Shown: positions 21,922 through 33,936 of the stretch, in pieces
How the letters are laid out: each line of letters starts with the position of its first letter
Numbering within the stretch: the stretch's first letter is position 1
DNA from: Paramoeba atlantica
Lineage: Eukaryota; Protista; Discosea
Direction of reading: 5' to 3'
DNA length: 64,000 nt
Assembly (NCBI GenBank): GCA_977017575.1
Contig: CDRNVI010000062.1
Location: 76,250-140,249, forward strand
Translations under genes and position numbers: made by a program
The notes under the pieces: model-generated
Told to the model about the DNA's origin: nothing
The model's database searches: none
The model's input: only the letters and a program-made list of their open reading frames with translations

Positions 21922-22235
21922 ATGCAGGCCAAGGCCAAAAGTGTCCTTCAAGGCCCACCTCAAGACCAGTCGGCTAAAGATCCGCGACGCAACCTTTGCG
22001 AGGCGGCCCTAGGGAAAACTCCGCCCACCACGCAACTGGTCTGCATGCGGCAGATTCAGAACGTTCATTCCACAAAGTGGATGAATGCGTGGCCCAACCG
22101 GCCGGAATACTACATACGGGACCCGTAGTGCGAGACTGCGGCCCGTCTCCGGTACTTGGTCGCCCCTACCTCGTAGCCTGAGCTCCAGTGCGTGTGCGGT
22201 GCAATCCTCCGCAACGAGGAGTTTCGGGCCCAGAG
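21922..22235 (+). mobile_element. Fragment of a CRE-clade (SLACS/CZAR/CRE-like) non-LTR retrotransposon, post-RT region
   Basis: Reading through two stops: STKWMNAWPNRPEYYIRDP*CETAARLRYL...QCVCGAIL, matching the W..A.P.....RLRL...C.CG pattern that precedes REL endonucleases. Confidence 0.55.
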
Positions 22236-23710
22236 ATTTTTGGATAAGTCAGCCCTTTGAACAGTTTTTTCGATAAGTACGCCACTTATCCAAAAAATCC
22301 CGATTTTGGACCAAAAATGACAGATAACTAAGGGCGGGGTCACGGTATGTCCGCTCCTGTTGCTGGGAGGGGGGGGGGTAGGTATACTAAGTGGGCATGG
22401 GTATACGATCCTGGAACATGGTTTATTATTCACTGTTATATAGCGCTTCTTTCTGGGTACAAACGTGTTTTGGAGAAAGAGACTTTTGTCGAGAATTAAA
22501 CTTGAGTTGTTGAAAATTCCAAAGGCTTTGAGTCCAAAAAAGATTTTCGCATATTTTGGTCAAAGAGTGCAAATTTTGGGAGCCCATCACGGCTGCAATA
22601 AAGGGCATCTTGCGAAAAAACGTCGTAGAAGGCTAGTAGAGGTCCCAAACTCTCGAAATACTATAGGGGAAACGCTTTTGAAATTCACGGTATGCTAATT
22701 CTCAAATTAACTCAAACATTTGATTTATTTTACTGGAAACACGACATTTCGCGTTCCAACAGTCTGCCAAAGATACCGGCCTAAATTATTTGAAAGAAAC
22801 TAATCTAAGACCTCGAAGTAACTTTAGTGTCCGAAATACAAACGCGTTGCGCAGCTACGAATTTGGACTTGTCAATTACTATATAACTCTTCGTTCCCGC
22901 GCAGCGACAGTCGCAAGCCTCCTTTGAGTAAGCAGCTCGCAATTTAGCGGCTGCGCTGTAGCCTGGTTCAGCTCAGATGAAACAACTACGTGAAATGGTT
23001 TATTCATTCCCGTTCGCTCGAATTCCGAAGGAATTAGTTCGAAAGGTCTTACGCCACTCTCTGTGGCCTGATTAGATTATCGTGACCTGGACTATACAAG
23101 CAAAAAGGAATAGAAGTAAAAGGGTAAAAAATGATAATCGAGGATAAGTTTACAAGGTGCGCAAAGTTTATTTACTGAGATCTGCAAAATACCACAAGAT
23201 TTAGATCAAACTCACCATACTGATTTTAGTGGGGGTGTCTTATCGTGTCGAAGGGTTTATACAGTATATTATTACAATGACTGATATACGAAAAGGACTT
23301 TCCTGAAACCGCTCGTCTTCTAAAAGCGCATTCAAACCCCCCGAAAATCTAGGAAAAGGGAGAACGTGCAAATTCATAAATCTAACAAACCAATAAGTAA
23401 AACCATAAATGAAGACCATGTTATGTTTTAATCACTCTTACAGATGTACTTCGTACTTTCCATTATATATTATCGAGCCTAGACATATATTTTCCAAAAC
23501 GAAATGGAGAGGAATAATTATTACCATATCTTATCGTAGGTAAACTCATTTTTTGCCCATGATGTCCTTAATTCTCCTTCATATAACGATGTTTGTTTTA
23601 TTGCATAATGCTAAAGCTACAATGATATGCATTGTACTATTTTTCATAAGATTTCCATTTTATCAACTAGGTTGCGAAGAACTATTCGGCCCTCGAATAC
23701 ACCGACACGC

Positions 23711-24217
23711 TTAATTCTTCTTCTGCACCAGCTTTTCAATGAGTGCGTTACCCTTCTTACGGAATTGCGCTGCCTCAACTGAAAGTGCCTTGCGTTGAGC
23801 GGCTGACAACTTCTGGTATTTGGCAGATACTTTCTTTGCCGCCGCGCGGAAACAAGCCTTAGGTTTCGTGTGGTTTCCCTTCTCCGCCTTGTATATCGAT
23901 GGTAAGGTACGCTTTAAGAACAAGCCATAAGGACGGTAGCGTGCGCTTTTCACTTGTGAGACGAGCGCTTTCTTTTGTTTCATATTCTCAGCAGCAATCT
24001 TGCTGAGGGACTGAACTTGAGCAGGAGGCAACCTTTTAAAAGCGGCATGTGCTCCGGTGAGTTTTTTTGGGCCACCCTTTTTACCTTTGAAAAATTTTGA
24101 CATAAATACACGCAGCGCACTTGTCGGTGCTGATTTTCCAGCCCATGGCTTATTGATAACTTTACGACGAAGCTTTGCGATGTTATTCGCGAGGTTTGGA
24201 AGCGCACGAGAAAACAT
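23711..24217 (-). CDS. KAP-like tandem HMG-box protein, copy 2 (168 aa)
   Basis: MFSRALPNLANNIAKLRRKV...PTSALRVFMSK; intact and clearly paralogous to the other five. Confidence 0.85.
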   Translation of the reverse strand: MFSRALPNLANNIAKLRRKVINKPWAGKSAPTSALRVFMSKFFKGKKGGPKKLTGAHAAFKRLPPAQVQSLSKIAAENMKQKKALVSQVKSARYRPYGLFLKRTLPSIYKAEKGNHTKPKACFRAAAKKVSAKYQKLSAAQRKALSVEAAQFRKKGNALIEKLVQKKN

Positions 24218-24249
24218 TATAAGTAGAAAGACAGGGAAAAAGATAATCT

Positions 24250-25815
24250 GGGTAATATGCAGTCAAACTTTACCCTAAATTTCATTTTTTTTTACTTTTT
24301 TTTGTCAAAAAAATATGTGTGATTAATTATTTACTTGATAGTTTTGAGTCATTTTCACCCACTTTTAAGCTTTGTTTACGTCTTAAACCATTGAATGGAC
24401 TGCTCAGGGTGTAGAACTTTTGCATGCTTGACGCTAGTTACGTCAATTTTGCAAATAACGTCAGAGAATGTTGTTTCCTGGCTAGTAAATCACTCTTTCG
24501 GGGCTTATACACAGTGTCTTCGCTGCAAAGAGAAACCAAGAAGCGATCAATGCTTCAAAAAACTCGAAGACGGTTCGAAGTGCCGCCTAAAAATTCCGAA
24601 ATTTGGCCCCTTTTTTCCTTTAAACTGTCGAATTGTTGATAAATTTCGATGTTGGCTGCTTCTAGCGCAAGGTAACCTGCCCTTGAACGCAGCTTTGCAA
24701 GCGCTCAGGTCTCTTCGTTCAGTTCTTACAGACCTAAGTGAAATTGAACGCATATTCAGCATTCCCCGTTCCCCGCACATGCTCATGAAGTACGTTATGG
24801 TGGATGAGACATACATTGGGAAACGCCTGCACCATCGCGGGAGACAAGTCCGCAAACAAAAGTTCTGGTTTATGACGGCTACAGAGGTTGATCCAAACAC
24901 CGGGAAATCATTGCAAACATACTGGGAGGCAACGGTTCGCTGAATGAGAGAGGTTTGCCACAGGTTTGTCCGATCAGTCATAGAAAATCGAAATGCCATG
25001 GTAATTACTGATGAGTGGGCTGCATATCGTGGAATCGATGCCTTTTGCCGACATTACACTATTTGCCACGCTGATGCATTCTCGCGAGAGCACTCCCCGC
25101 ACGTCAACATTCATATCAACAACGCAGAGTCTGCCCATGCCAGTGTAAAGGGTTACTGCAAGCGTTTTTTTCACAAATGGGGCAGAAGTTTGGAAAGCTG
25201 TCAGGCACGAGCGCATTTAATTTGCACGGTCTTCTTCAAGGCGGAAGCTAAAAAGCGTTTTCAGAACCTTATGACTGTTATGGCGAGATACTCCTCTGAC
25301 AATAGCGCGGTATACGGAGATCAGTCAAATGAAGAAGATGCGGAAGTTTCCAGTGACTCTAGTGAGGACCTTCAGGAAGATTATGAAAGCCCAACCACGC
25401 GACTAGGTCGAGCGCTCACTGAACATATAAGACTCAAACGCAGATATGGAAGGTATGAAATGGGATTCCACAAGTATGTGATAAAAAGTGCCACTGACCG
25501 CCACTACACTATTTATGTTGGTCCTGGTGGTGCTCGACGCACTTGCCGTGACGGACGTCTGGGCAATCGATGTAAGCATATATATTTCATTTTGATGCGG
25601 GAACTTGGGGTGGATGAAAACCATTCAGTTCTATTAAAATCGGAATTTTCATCAGAAGACCTATCGAATTTGTTGTAGACGAGGCAGAAATTATCGGTAA
25701 ATCGTCTTATTTATATGCAAATTTGCGTAAAAACAAAAAAGGAACACATATGTGATGGAAATATACAGTTTTTAGAAAAAACAAATTTAGGGTACATTTT
25801 GACTGCAGTTGACCC
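24250..25815 (+). mobile_element. Complete Merlin (IS1595/ISXO2-like) DNA transposon; transposase 24395-25678 with one in-frame TGA and a C-terminal SWIM finger
   Basis: Imperfect TIRs of about 32 bp (GGGTAATATGCAGTCAAACTTTACCCTAAATTT and the reverse complement of AAATTTAGGGTACATTTTGACTGCAGTTGACCC); 8-bp TSD GATAATCT at 24242-24249 and 25816-25823; motifs VMVDETYIG, ITDEWAAY and HINNAES; TGA at 24941. Confidence 0.92.
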
Positions 25816-25841
25816 GATAATCTTGTAGGATATAAATTACG

Positions 25842-26205
25842 TTTACTTTCTTTTTGCTTTTATGTGGAAAAAAGAGCTCTTAGATGTAGTTTATCGGTAA
25901 CCCGGGGAACGGTATATTATTCAAATCGGAATTTGAATAATACTGTTACACTGCCGACTAATATTATTGAGTTTTTAATTATAGGCAAAGCTATGCAACT
26001 TTTAATTAAAAAATCAATAATTTTTGTGCCAATAATTTTTGTAGAAATTTGTACATATCGACAAACAATAGAAGTTGTTAGTAGAGGGGCGGAAAAACCC
26101 AAAATTAGGTCAAAAGTTATATTTGCTCTCAAAAAGATTCAAGAATTTTTACGGGGAAGAAAGTTGTTTTTCACCAAAAAATTATTATACCTAGGAGGTA
26201 CAATG
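25842..26205. repeat. Copy of the CCCGGGGAACGG element left end plus flank
   Basis: Near-identical direct repeat of about 28311-28675; diverged inverted copy at about 34400-34670. Confidence 0.7.
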
Positions 26206-26349
26206 GTGAGTATGTAGTTAGTATCTGTAGGCATGTGTGTGTTTCTGTAAATTTCTGTGAATCGCTGTGAGTCGCTGTGAGTATTTTTTTGCGACGATAA
26301 ATGGCGATCTAGAGACTCACCAATAGGTGTTCCTATAGTACGGGTAATA

Positions 26350-27330
26350 ATTTGCGTGTGCTGAAGGAGAGATGCGCTCTTCTTAAGGATGGTGAGTGGG
26401 GAAACTTGATTCCGAGTTCATCAACATGCTACAGGGGGGCGCAAGTAGGGAACGCCCTCGGCGGATTTAGAAAAACGTTCAGTTTTTTGTATGTTGGTGG
26501 ACATTTGGGTTCTCCATTTTCTCCGTGGTCTCCCGCAGGGGGTTGAGTACGTGTGCGTCGATAGCCTGTATCAAGCAGTCGTTGGGGATACTTTGATCCG
26601 CAACAGTCTTCGGCGTCGTGGTAGCAAGGATGACTTTTATGGGAGGTGTTTGTCACCACTGGGTTGTGATTTATTGGTGAGAAAAGTACAAACATGCATT
26701 GGTTCCCCTGAGAAAGTTTCTATGTATTGTATATTATTATGCTGTATATGTATCCCTTCCCTCATCTCCCACCACCCCGCTCGGAACAGGTTCCGAGTCC
26801 CCATGCGCTGCAGGACCCTACTACGGGACCACGCGGCGTGCCTTCACTATCCGGCGACACCGGTACTTCTGCGCGTAGGAGGCTTCCATATACCGGAAGT
26901 CTCCCACACGGCGAGCAAACACGTTGTATGCGTGTTCTAGAGGATGTTCTATGCACCTCTCTTGCTCACCAGACGTGGCGGATTCTGTGGGACCCCGATG
27001 CTCATGATGCATCATGAACCATGACTCCATTTGCCAGCATGCATCCATGGCCCTGACCATGTTGTATCATGAAGCATGGAAGTCATTTGTAGCATGTACG
27101 ATGGGAATACCATCCGCGTCCCACAAATCCGTATATCTTCCCTGGCAGGACTACGCTCTCCTCCCGTCTCGGGACCTCTTATCCCGATGAAGCCGTTCTT
27201 TTCGTTTCCCCAGGGGGGTATGCCGTGCTTTTCCCGGTGTCGTAGAGTGAGGCGACAGGTTCAGCAGGGAGCGCCCTTTGCGTCACCCCTGCTGATCCCA
27301 GTATCTCTACAGGTTTTCGCCCTGTATGAA
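26350..27330 (+). mobile_element. Heavily decayed reverse-transcriptase remnant, possibly DIRS order
   Basis: Frameshifted KDGEW..LDSEFINML, HFLRGLPQG and KDDF in RT motif order; GC-rich island. Confidence 0.35.
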
Positions 27331-27712
27331 TAAAACCAAATATCTGAATCCACGTTCAAGCACTATGTGCGCGGCAACAATACACGGGAGCGAGCAAATT
27401 TTGCGAAAAAAAACATGATAATTGTTCATGACTTAGCTGTATGAAGGTGACAGATATTGTCTTTGTAAAAAGAAAAAGGTGTAGAAAGAAGAAGGAAGAC
27501 ACGCGGAAAGATTTCCAAGAAAGAGAAATGTAAATGCGTAATAATGTTTATTCATTTCACGCAGACTGTATTCATGCTTCACAGCTCAGGGCTTAACATA
27601 GACTTCTTTGCTTCATTAAGCACAGGAGACTCCACTATACGGGGAAAAATCGCAAATGGTGATACTCCGCTAGCCATTCTAAGTAATGTGGTTCTAAGTA
27701 AGAGGAAAGTTC

Positions 27713-28125
27713 TTGCCCTGCCTTTCTATAGTACAAACGCCATATACGTCACTAATTATAAAACTACTGAACAGTGGTCCTCTTGGAGAAGTAGCACCTC
27801 CACCGATAGCAGAGGGCTCGACGGGAAAGCGTTGGGTGCAGTACTTGTCGTATCTGGTGTCTTGCGGGGCGTTGGAGGATTTCAAGGCCAACAATGCTAG
27901 CGAAACTATTCCGATCTTCGCTAATTACTTGGCAGTGTTTAACACCGAAGATAGCGCAAGAGCTATTCTGGATATGCGCGCTCTAAATGCTCTTACAACG
28001 TCAGATGGTGTACCCTTCTCTATATGTAGTGCGCCATACTTTATTGGCGTACTCCGCAGTCTGGATTTCACAAGGTTTAAATTGCGAACTGTCCACGCGG
28101 ACATATCCAATGCATAGTATCAAAA
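27713..28125 (+). mobile_element. DIRS-order (VIPER/TATE-like) reverse-transcriptase fragment
   Basis: YLAVFNTEDSARAILDMRALNAL...PFSI...HADISNA*YQ follows the R.I.D.R.LN / D...AY pattern of DIRS/LTR-type RTs. Confidence 0.6.
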
Positions 28126-28370
28126 ACCAATTGGTAAACCATTTCGAAAGCGTCGTTGTGTCCTCCGTGGCCAGCAAATTTTACAATGTACCGTGCTTCC
28201 TATGGGTTATAAATATTCATGTGGAATACAGGGGGGAAATTAAGTTGTGTCAACAAAAATCGTGTTATTTTCTGGGATAGGCAAACTCATTTTTTGCCCA
28301 CGATGTCACGTTTACTTTCTTTTTGCTTTTATGTGGAAAAAAGAGCTCTTAGCTGCAGTTTATCGGTAAC

Positions 28371-29522
28371 CCGGGGAACGGTATATTATTCAAATCGGAA
28401 TTTGAATAATACTGTTACACTGCCGACTAATATTATTGAGTTTTTAATTATAGGCAAAGCTATGCAACTTTTAATTAAAAAATCAATAATTTTTGTGCCA
28501 ATAATTTTTGTAGAAATTTGTACATATCGACAAACAATAGAAGTTGTTAGTAGAGGGGCGGAAAAACCCAAAAGTAGGTCAAAAGTTTTTGTTTGCTCTC
28601 AAAAAGATTCAAGAATTTTTATGGGGAAGAAAGTTGTTTTTCACCAAAAAATTATTATACCTAGGAGGTACAATAGGTGTTCCTAGGTAAAATAACCCGG
28701 ACGGTGGTTTGCATCTCTCTAATCTTGTCAAATGCGTTGCGAAGGGCAGGTTATTAAATGGTCATTAAGTGAGGGGATGCGGGTGTGATCTCGCATGATC
28801 TCACGACCGGGTGTTGACATAAAGCCAATCTCGATCCTCCTGCGTCAAATCTTCTCATAAAATTTGAGTTTTTGTGCAAAATCTATGCCACTCTTCTCTA
28901 AAAAGTGGTTGCCAAGATCAGACCTCATGAGAAATTCAAAAACTGACCACAAAGATAAAAAAATGTTTCTCGCCTAAAATTGACAACTTTTAAATAGAAA
29001 AACAATAAATTTTGTACCATGAAATTTAGCGATAAGAATTTTTGGCTTGGGTGTATTAGAATAATATAGTGTTATGCGGCTCTATTTGAATAATATAACG
29101 TTATTTGAATACTATAGTGTTAATTTGAATACTATAGTGTTAATTTGAATAAAATAGTTGTGAGTAGCGAAAAATGCGGTTTTGGTGGATGATAAAGCAA
29201 AGGTTTGTCTAAAATCCTGTCCATAATGCCAAAAATTGGCGATTTGAATATTATACGGTTATTTGAATTAAATATAATTCATACTATATAATATAATTTA
29301 ACTATAATTTATATAGTGTTAATTTGAATAAAATAGTTGTGAGTAGCGAAAAATGCGGTTTTGGTGTATGATAAAGCAAAGGTTTGTCTAAAATCCGGTC
29401 CATCATGCGAAAAATTGGCGATTTGAATATTATACCGTTATTTGAATAATATAGTGTTAATTTGAATAATATAGTGTAATTTGAATAATGTAGCGCTATT
29501 GAATAATATACCGTTCCCCGGG
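28371..29522. mobile_element. Composite MITE: CCCGGGGAACGGTATATTATTCAA TIRs with an internal TGAGGGG-type end at 28770
   Basis: Left CCCGGGGAACGGTATATTATTC, right AATAATATACCGTTCCCCGGG; ATTTGAATA(C/A)TATAGTG tandem repeats and an internal duplication of about 180 bp at 29140-29450. Confidence 0.65.
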
Positions 29523-29549
29523 CTACATGAAGTATCGGAACTCCAAGAT

Positions 29550-29890
29550 ACGGTACTCGCGTTGTCAGGTTGACGAGACTAATTTATGGATCCGGAAGTA
29601 CAACCACGTAGAACTCGTAAGAAACCAACGTGGGTATTGACTCTTACGGAAGTTGCAAGGAACGGTAAATCGGTAAGCACTGTATGGTTATACGTAAACG
29701 ATCGAAATAAAGAAATCATGGAGCGGGTGATCAGGGTGCATACATTGGACAACCAACGTACCATAGTAACTACAGACGGGTGGAAAAGATACTCGAATGT
29801 TATTTCATTTTGCGATCACTTTACTGTGAACCATTCCAGTAAAGGTCGAAGAGTCATGTCATTCAGCAGTAGAGCGGGCTATACGTAAAC
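29550..29890 (+). mobile_element. Merlin/IS1595-like transposase fragment
   Basis: QVDET (frameshifted), WVLTLTE...TIVTTDGWKRY...HFTVNHS. Confidence 0.8.
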
Positions 29891-30703
29891 AAGGTAGGCT
29901 ATCAATGCCGTTGAGAGAGTTTAAGCAGACCGAGGCGTTGTTTACCTTACTTTTTCTAGACTCTTCTTTCTAGACTTTCTAGTGAGTAGCTTGTTAATGA
30001 AAGCGAAGATGAAGATTGGAAGTTCATACAAAGGTTACATTTGTAAGTTACGACGAAATAACCTTCAAAATCGGCGTCAATTACATGCAGTACAAGAAAA
30101 GAAAAAAAGTGTATTTTTTTGAGACAAGGAATGGAAAATGTATTTAACCGCATTTAACATTTCGAAAACATGAGTATTAAGCTTTTTATGCACTATCGTA
30201 AATTTTCAAAAAATGACTACAATATAAGTCATCTGCAGCTAAACAATTGTTTTTCAACGAACATTCAACGAACATATCCCCAATCCCCAATTACATTCAC
30301 AAACAAAAAGGATGCTCCCCTTTTTCAGCAAAAAAAAATCGATGTATGTTCGTGTTTCCGTTCATCGAAAAGGACGTCCTGTTCGATGAATATTCATCGA
30401 ATGCCCCCCTCCCCAAATATTGTATAGAGTTGAGTCATTCTCATGGTAATCTGGTGCTCTATTGAATCAGGAAGGATGCAAATCTACTGGTCTATTAAAT
30501 AAATAAAAATTATTAAGTAGCAAACTAAAGCATGATCTTGATATAGTATCACCGTCGACGAAAATAAGGAACGTTCGCTGTGCATTCGATTATAAATATA
30601 TTTTTTTATAATTAATTATAATTCTACTTTTTTAACACATTCCTATTTGTAATAAATATTTCCAAACCTTTCGCTTCTTATGACTCCGAAAAAAGTGATA
30701 CAG

Positions 30704-31207
30704 CTACTTTCGTTGTTCCACCAGCTTTTCAATGAGTGCGTTACCCTTGTTACGGACCTGTGCTGCCTCAACTGAAAGTTCTTTGCGTTGAGCGGCTGAC
30801 AACTTCTGGTATTTGGCAGATACTTTCTTTGCCACCGCGCGGAAACAAGCTTTAGTATTCTTGTGGTTGCCCTTCTCTGCCTTGTATATCGCCGGCATGA
30901 CACGTCGCACGAACAAACTATAAGGGCGACATTTAGCACCTTGAACTTGCGCTTTCAGTGACTGTTTTCGCTTCATATTCTCGGCAGCAATCTTGCTGAA
31001 GGATTGCACTTGAACAGGAGATAACTTTTTAAAAGAGGCATGTACTCCGGCGAGATCTGGAGATCCTTTTTTACCTTTGAGAAACTTTGACATAAATACA
31101 CGCAGCGCACTTGTCGGGGCTGATTTTCCAGCCCACGGCTTATTGATAACTTTATGACGAAGCTTTGCGATGTTCTTGGTGAGGTTTGGAAGCGCACGAG
31201 AAAACAT
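30704..31207 (-). CDS. KAP-like tandem HMG-box protein, copy 3 (167 aa)
   Basis: Intact paralogue; shares about 45 nt of 3' flank and about 20 nt of 5' flank with copy 4. Confidence 0.85.
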   Translation of the reverse strand: MFSRALPNLTKNIAKLRHKVINKPWAGKSAPTSALRVFMSKFLKGKKGSPDLAGVHASFKKLSPVQVQSFSKIAAENMKRKQSLKAQVQGAKCRPYSLFVRRVMPAIYKAEKGNHKNTKACFRAVAKKVSAKYQKLSAAQRKELSVEAAQVRNKGNALIEKLVEQRK

Positions 31208-32050
31208 TAGAGATAGAAAGACAGAGAATTAGACAAAAAACCTAGTATGAGATAAAATAAGATAATTTATTAGCCTTAACCTTTTACCTGTAGATTTATT
31301 GAGGGAGATATGGTGAGCATCTAACTCGTCTTCTAAGATTAATTCCGCGAGCGTGGAATGGGCGTAAAGCGAGTAATCCGGCGAACGGTATATTATTTAA
31401 ATCGCCATTTAATTAATATAGTGTTAAAATTTCTATCAAAAGAATATAGCGCTATCTAATATTTAAATACCGTAGTAGTAGGTCCGCCATAGTGGGAAAA
31501 TGAGGTGAATTTTGCCATTTAAATAATAAATTTATAATAATTAATAAATAATTTTAATTCATGGCACAATTGTTTTTTAAATAAAAGTTCAATTTTTGGC
31601 TGGAAACATTTTTTTAATTTTTTGTCAATTTTTGAATTTCTCATGAGGTCTGATCTTGGCAACCACTTTCTAGAGAAGAGTGCCACAGATTTTTGTACAA
31701 AAACTTAAATATCATGACAGGATTTGACGAAGGGAGAGCAAGAGGCTTTTCTTCAACACCCGGTCGTGGGATCATGCGAGATGATCTTGCATCTCACATC
31801 ACACCCACAGCCCCTCACTTGAGGGGCTGCGGGTACTTCGACCGAGACCGCACCGAGACCGCGGTTCGTATTTTCGGTGGGGAGAGATAGAAAAACAGCC
31901 AAAAGTTTACATTTGTTTTTATTTTTAAGTGGAATTTCGAATTCGGTGTACGCTTCTAGCTATATTTTCCTTTGTTTCTTTCTCTGAATCATTTTCATCC
32001 TTTTTACTAACAACGGCGCGTTTTTCTTTTCCCGTAAACTTTTCTCCTAA

Positions 32051-32701
32051 ATGTTTATGAATATCGAGAGCAATGACGCATTGCAAGAACGATTGACTGC
32101 TCTTGAGCCTGAGACAAGTGCCGAACACAAACTCTTCGATGTCATCAAGGCTTCGACGATCCGGGTCTTTACGAAGAGGCCCGACGTTTTCTCCAAGCCA
32201 CGTTTGGAGATAAGCAATGCGGAGCTCAGTAGTAAAGTGGATGAAATCGCAGGGCGCGTGTCACGCACGATGGACAACTTCCTACCTGTTGCACGCTCTG
32301 TGTGTGGCATTGACTTGACCTCGTGCATCGTGACTCGCGCCCTGTTCCACTTGGTTGACCGCCGGGGCCATCTGCATCTGAGCGTCCGCCCCCGGAGCGC
32401 GTACTTCCTTGGAGAGGCAGCTGCCGACCTTGAAGAGTACCTTCAAGAAGACCCCCTCTTTTCCCCCCATCGCCAAGGTGAAGTGGGCGACTTTGTGGAC
32501 AGCGTGTGGCGCTCTGTTTCCGGGAAGCGGTCTCGCGTTTGCCAGCAGTGGCGTCAGCGCAAGCGGACCGCTTCTCGTCAAAATGAATCAAGCAGCGGGG
32601 CTGAAGTCTCGCCACCACCCCCAGAATACAATCCTCCCTCGTATACGGTGGCCAGCCCGATCGCTACTTCGGATCGTTCGGTTCGTTTCCCGGCCTTATA
32701 G
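32051..32701 (+). CDS. Accessory protein (ORF1) of the ISL2EU/Harbinger-like element, unknown family
   Basis: Intact 216 aa ORF; clear homologue at 40183-40857 (RVFTKR, SVCGID, VDRRGHL, EVGDFVDS.WRSVSG, TSDR). Confidence 0.8.
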   Translation: MFMNIESNDALQERLTALEPETSAEHKLFDVIKASTIRVFTKRPDVFSKPRLEISNAELSSKVDEIAGRVSRTMDNFLPVARSVCGIDLTSCIVTRALFHLVDRRGHLHLSVRPRSAYFLGEAAADLEEYLQEDPLFSPHRQGEVGDFVDSVWRSVSGKRSRVCQQWRQRKRTASRQNESSSGAEVSPPPPEYNPPSYTVASPIATSDRSVRFPAL

Positions 32702-32946
32702 GTGTGCTCCACATGAGACGAGAAAGTACGAAGGTAAGACGGTAATAAGGTCTTACGAAGGTAAGACGGTAATAAGATGGCAAAGAAGGTAATAAGGCAA
32801 GTTAAGGTAAGGCAATTTCGTTCCCACTACTGTTCTGTTCGATTTTCCCTAATTACTAGCTCATTCCACTAATTGTTATTTCATTCCACTAATTACAAGT
32901 ACATGCTAAAATATTTCCGCCCAATAATAATACAACCCTACTTATT

Positions 32947-33936
32947 TTGCTTTTAAATCGAAATTTCTTTCAATCGTTTCATTCTCTCTCTATGTTTGGC
33001 ATCTCGATAGCACAGGTGTGGGAGTTCTACAACGAGCTCCGACGTGTGCATGGATCCGATGTTACGGAGACTGATTACCGTCGTGTTCAGTCATCATTGT
33101 GCATCTGTTCTCTGAATTGCACATGGGAACAGTTGTACGATGTCCAAAGGGCGTGGCTCTCACCGGACGCCCCGTTGATTTCAATTCGGACTCTCCGGGA
33201 TGATTTTACTCGTGTGGCGCAGCTGTGCCGTTCACCCCTGCTCATGAACCCCGAGCTACGGTTTACCCAGGGAGTATCATGGTTATCTGACGTAACCTGC
33301 ATGCTGGACGTCACGACGATCCCATGTCGTGCAAGAAAACCGAGAGAAACACCTGATGAAACCACCCGAGATAGCACCTATTCGGGAAAGCACCGGCAGC
33401 ACTGCTTCAAGGTGGAAGTTTGGCTAACACTGGCCGGAGTTCCATTCTTCTTTCGCGGACCAGTTGTTGGCAGCATGCATGATGCCAAAATTTATAAGAG
33501 TACTAGTGTGCATCGTACTCCGCTGTTCACTCACCACAAAGATGAAATGTTCTTGGCCGATCTAGGGTACATAGGTTGTGCGCACTGCCTTGTACCCTAT
33601 AAGAAAACTGGCCGTGGTCTCACCGATGATGAAAAACGTGTGAATGAAAGGATTTCACTGATTCGCTCTCGAATTGAGCGACGTTTTGCACATTTCGACA
33701 AGTTTCGTTTTCTTCATGGTACTGATCATGATATACCATGGGTCAGAGACGCTTTTCAAAATGTTTCTGTAGTTACGTATGGACTGCTGGCTACTCAGCC
33801 GCAGCATGATTTCGATTCGATTATAAATTTAAGTTTGAAATCTACAAGTGATGAAGGTGAGTGTTTATGTAGTAAAGGGTGCGGTGTAGTTGATGGTATC
33901 GAAAGCCGCAGAGAGTGGCTTAAGGAAAAAGCCTAA
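32947..33936 (+). CDS. DDE_Tnp_4 (IS5/ISL2/Harbinger-type) transposase; first ATG at 32992
   Basis: MLDVTTIP, YSGKHRQHCFK, SMHD, FLADLGYIG and RSRIERRF follow the D-D-E layout of this family. Confidence 0.9.
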   Translation: MLLNRNFFQSFHSLSMFGISIAQVWEFYNELRRVHGSDVTETDYRRVQSSLCICSLNCTWEQLYDVQRAWLSPDAPLISIRTLRDDFTRVAQLCRSPLLMNPELRFTQGVSWLSDVTCMLDVTTIPCRARKPRETPDETTRDSTYSGKHRQHCFKVEVWLTLAGVPFFFRGPVVGSMHDAKIYKSTSVHRTPLFTHHKDEMFLADLGYIGCAHCLVPYKKTGRGLTDDEKRVNERISLIRSRIERRFAHFDKFRFLHGTDHDIPWVRDAFQNVSVVTYGLLATQPQHDFDSIINLSLKSTSDEGECLCSKGCGVVDGIESRREWLKEKA

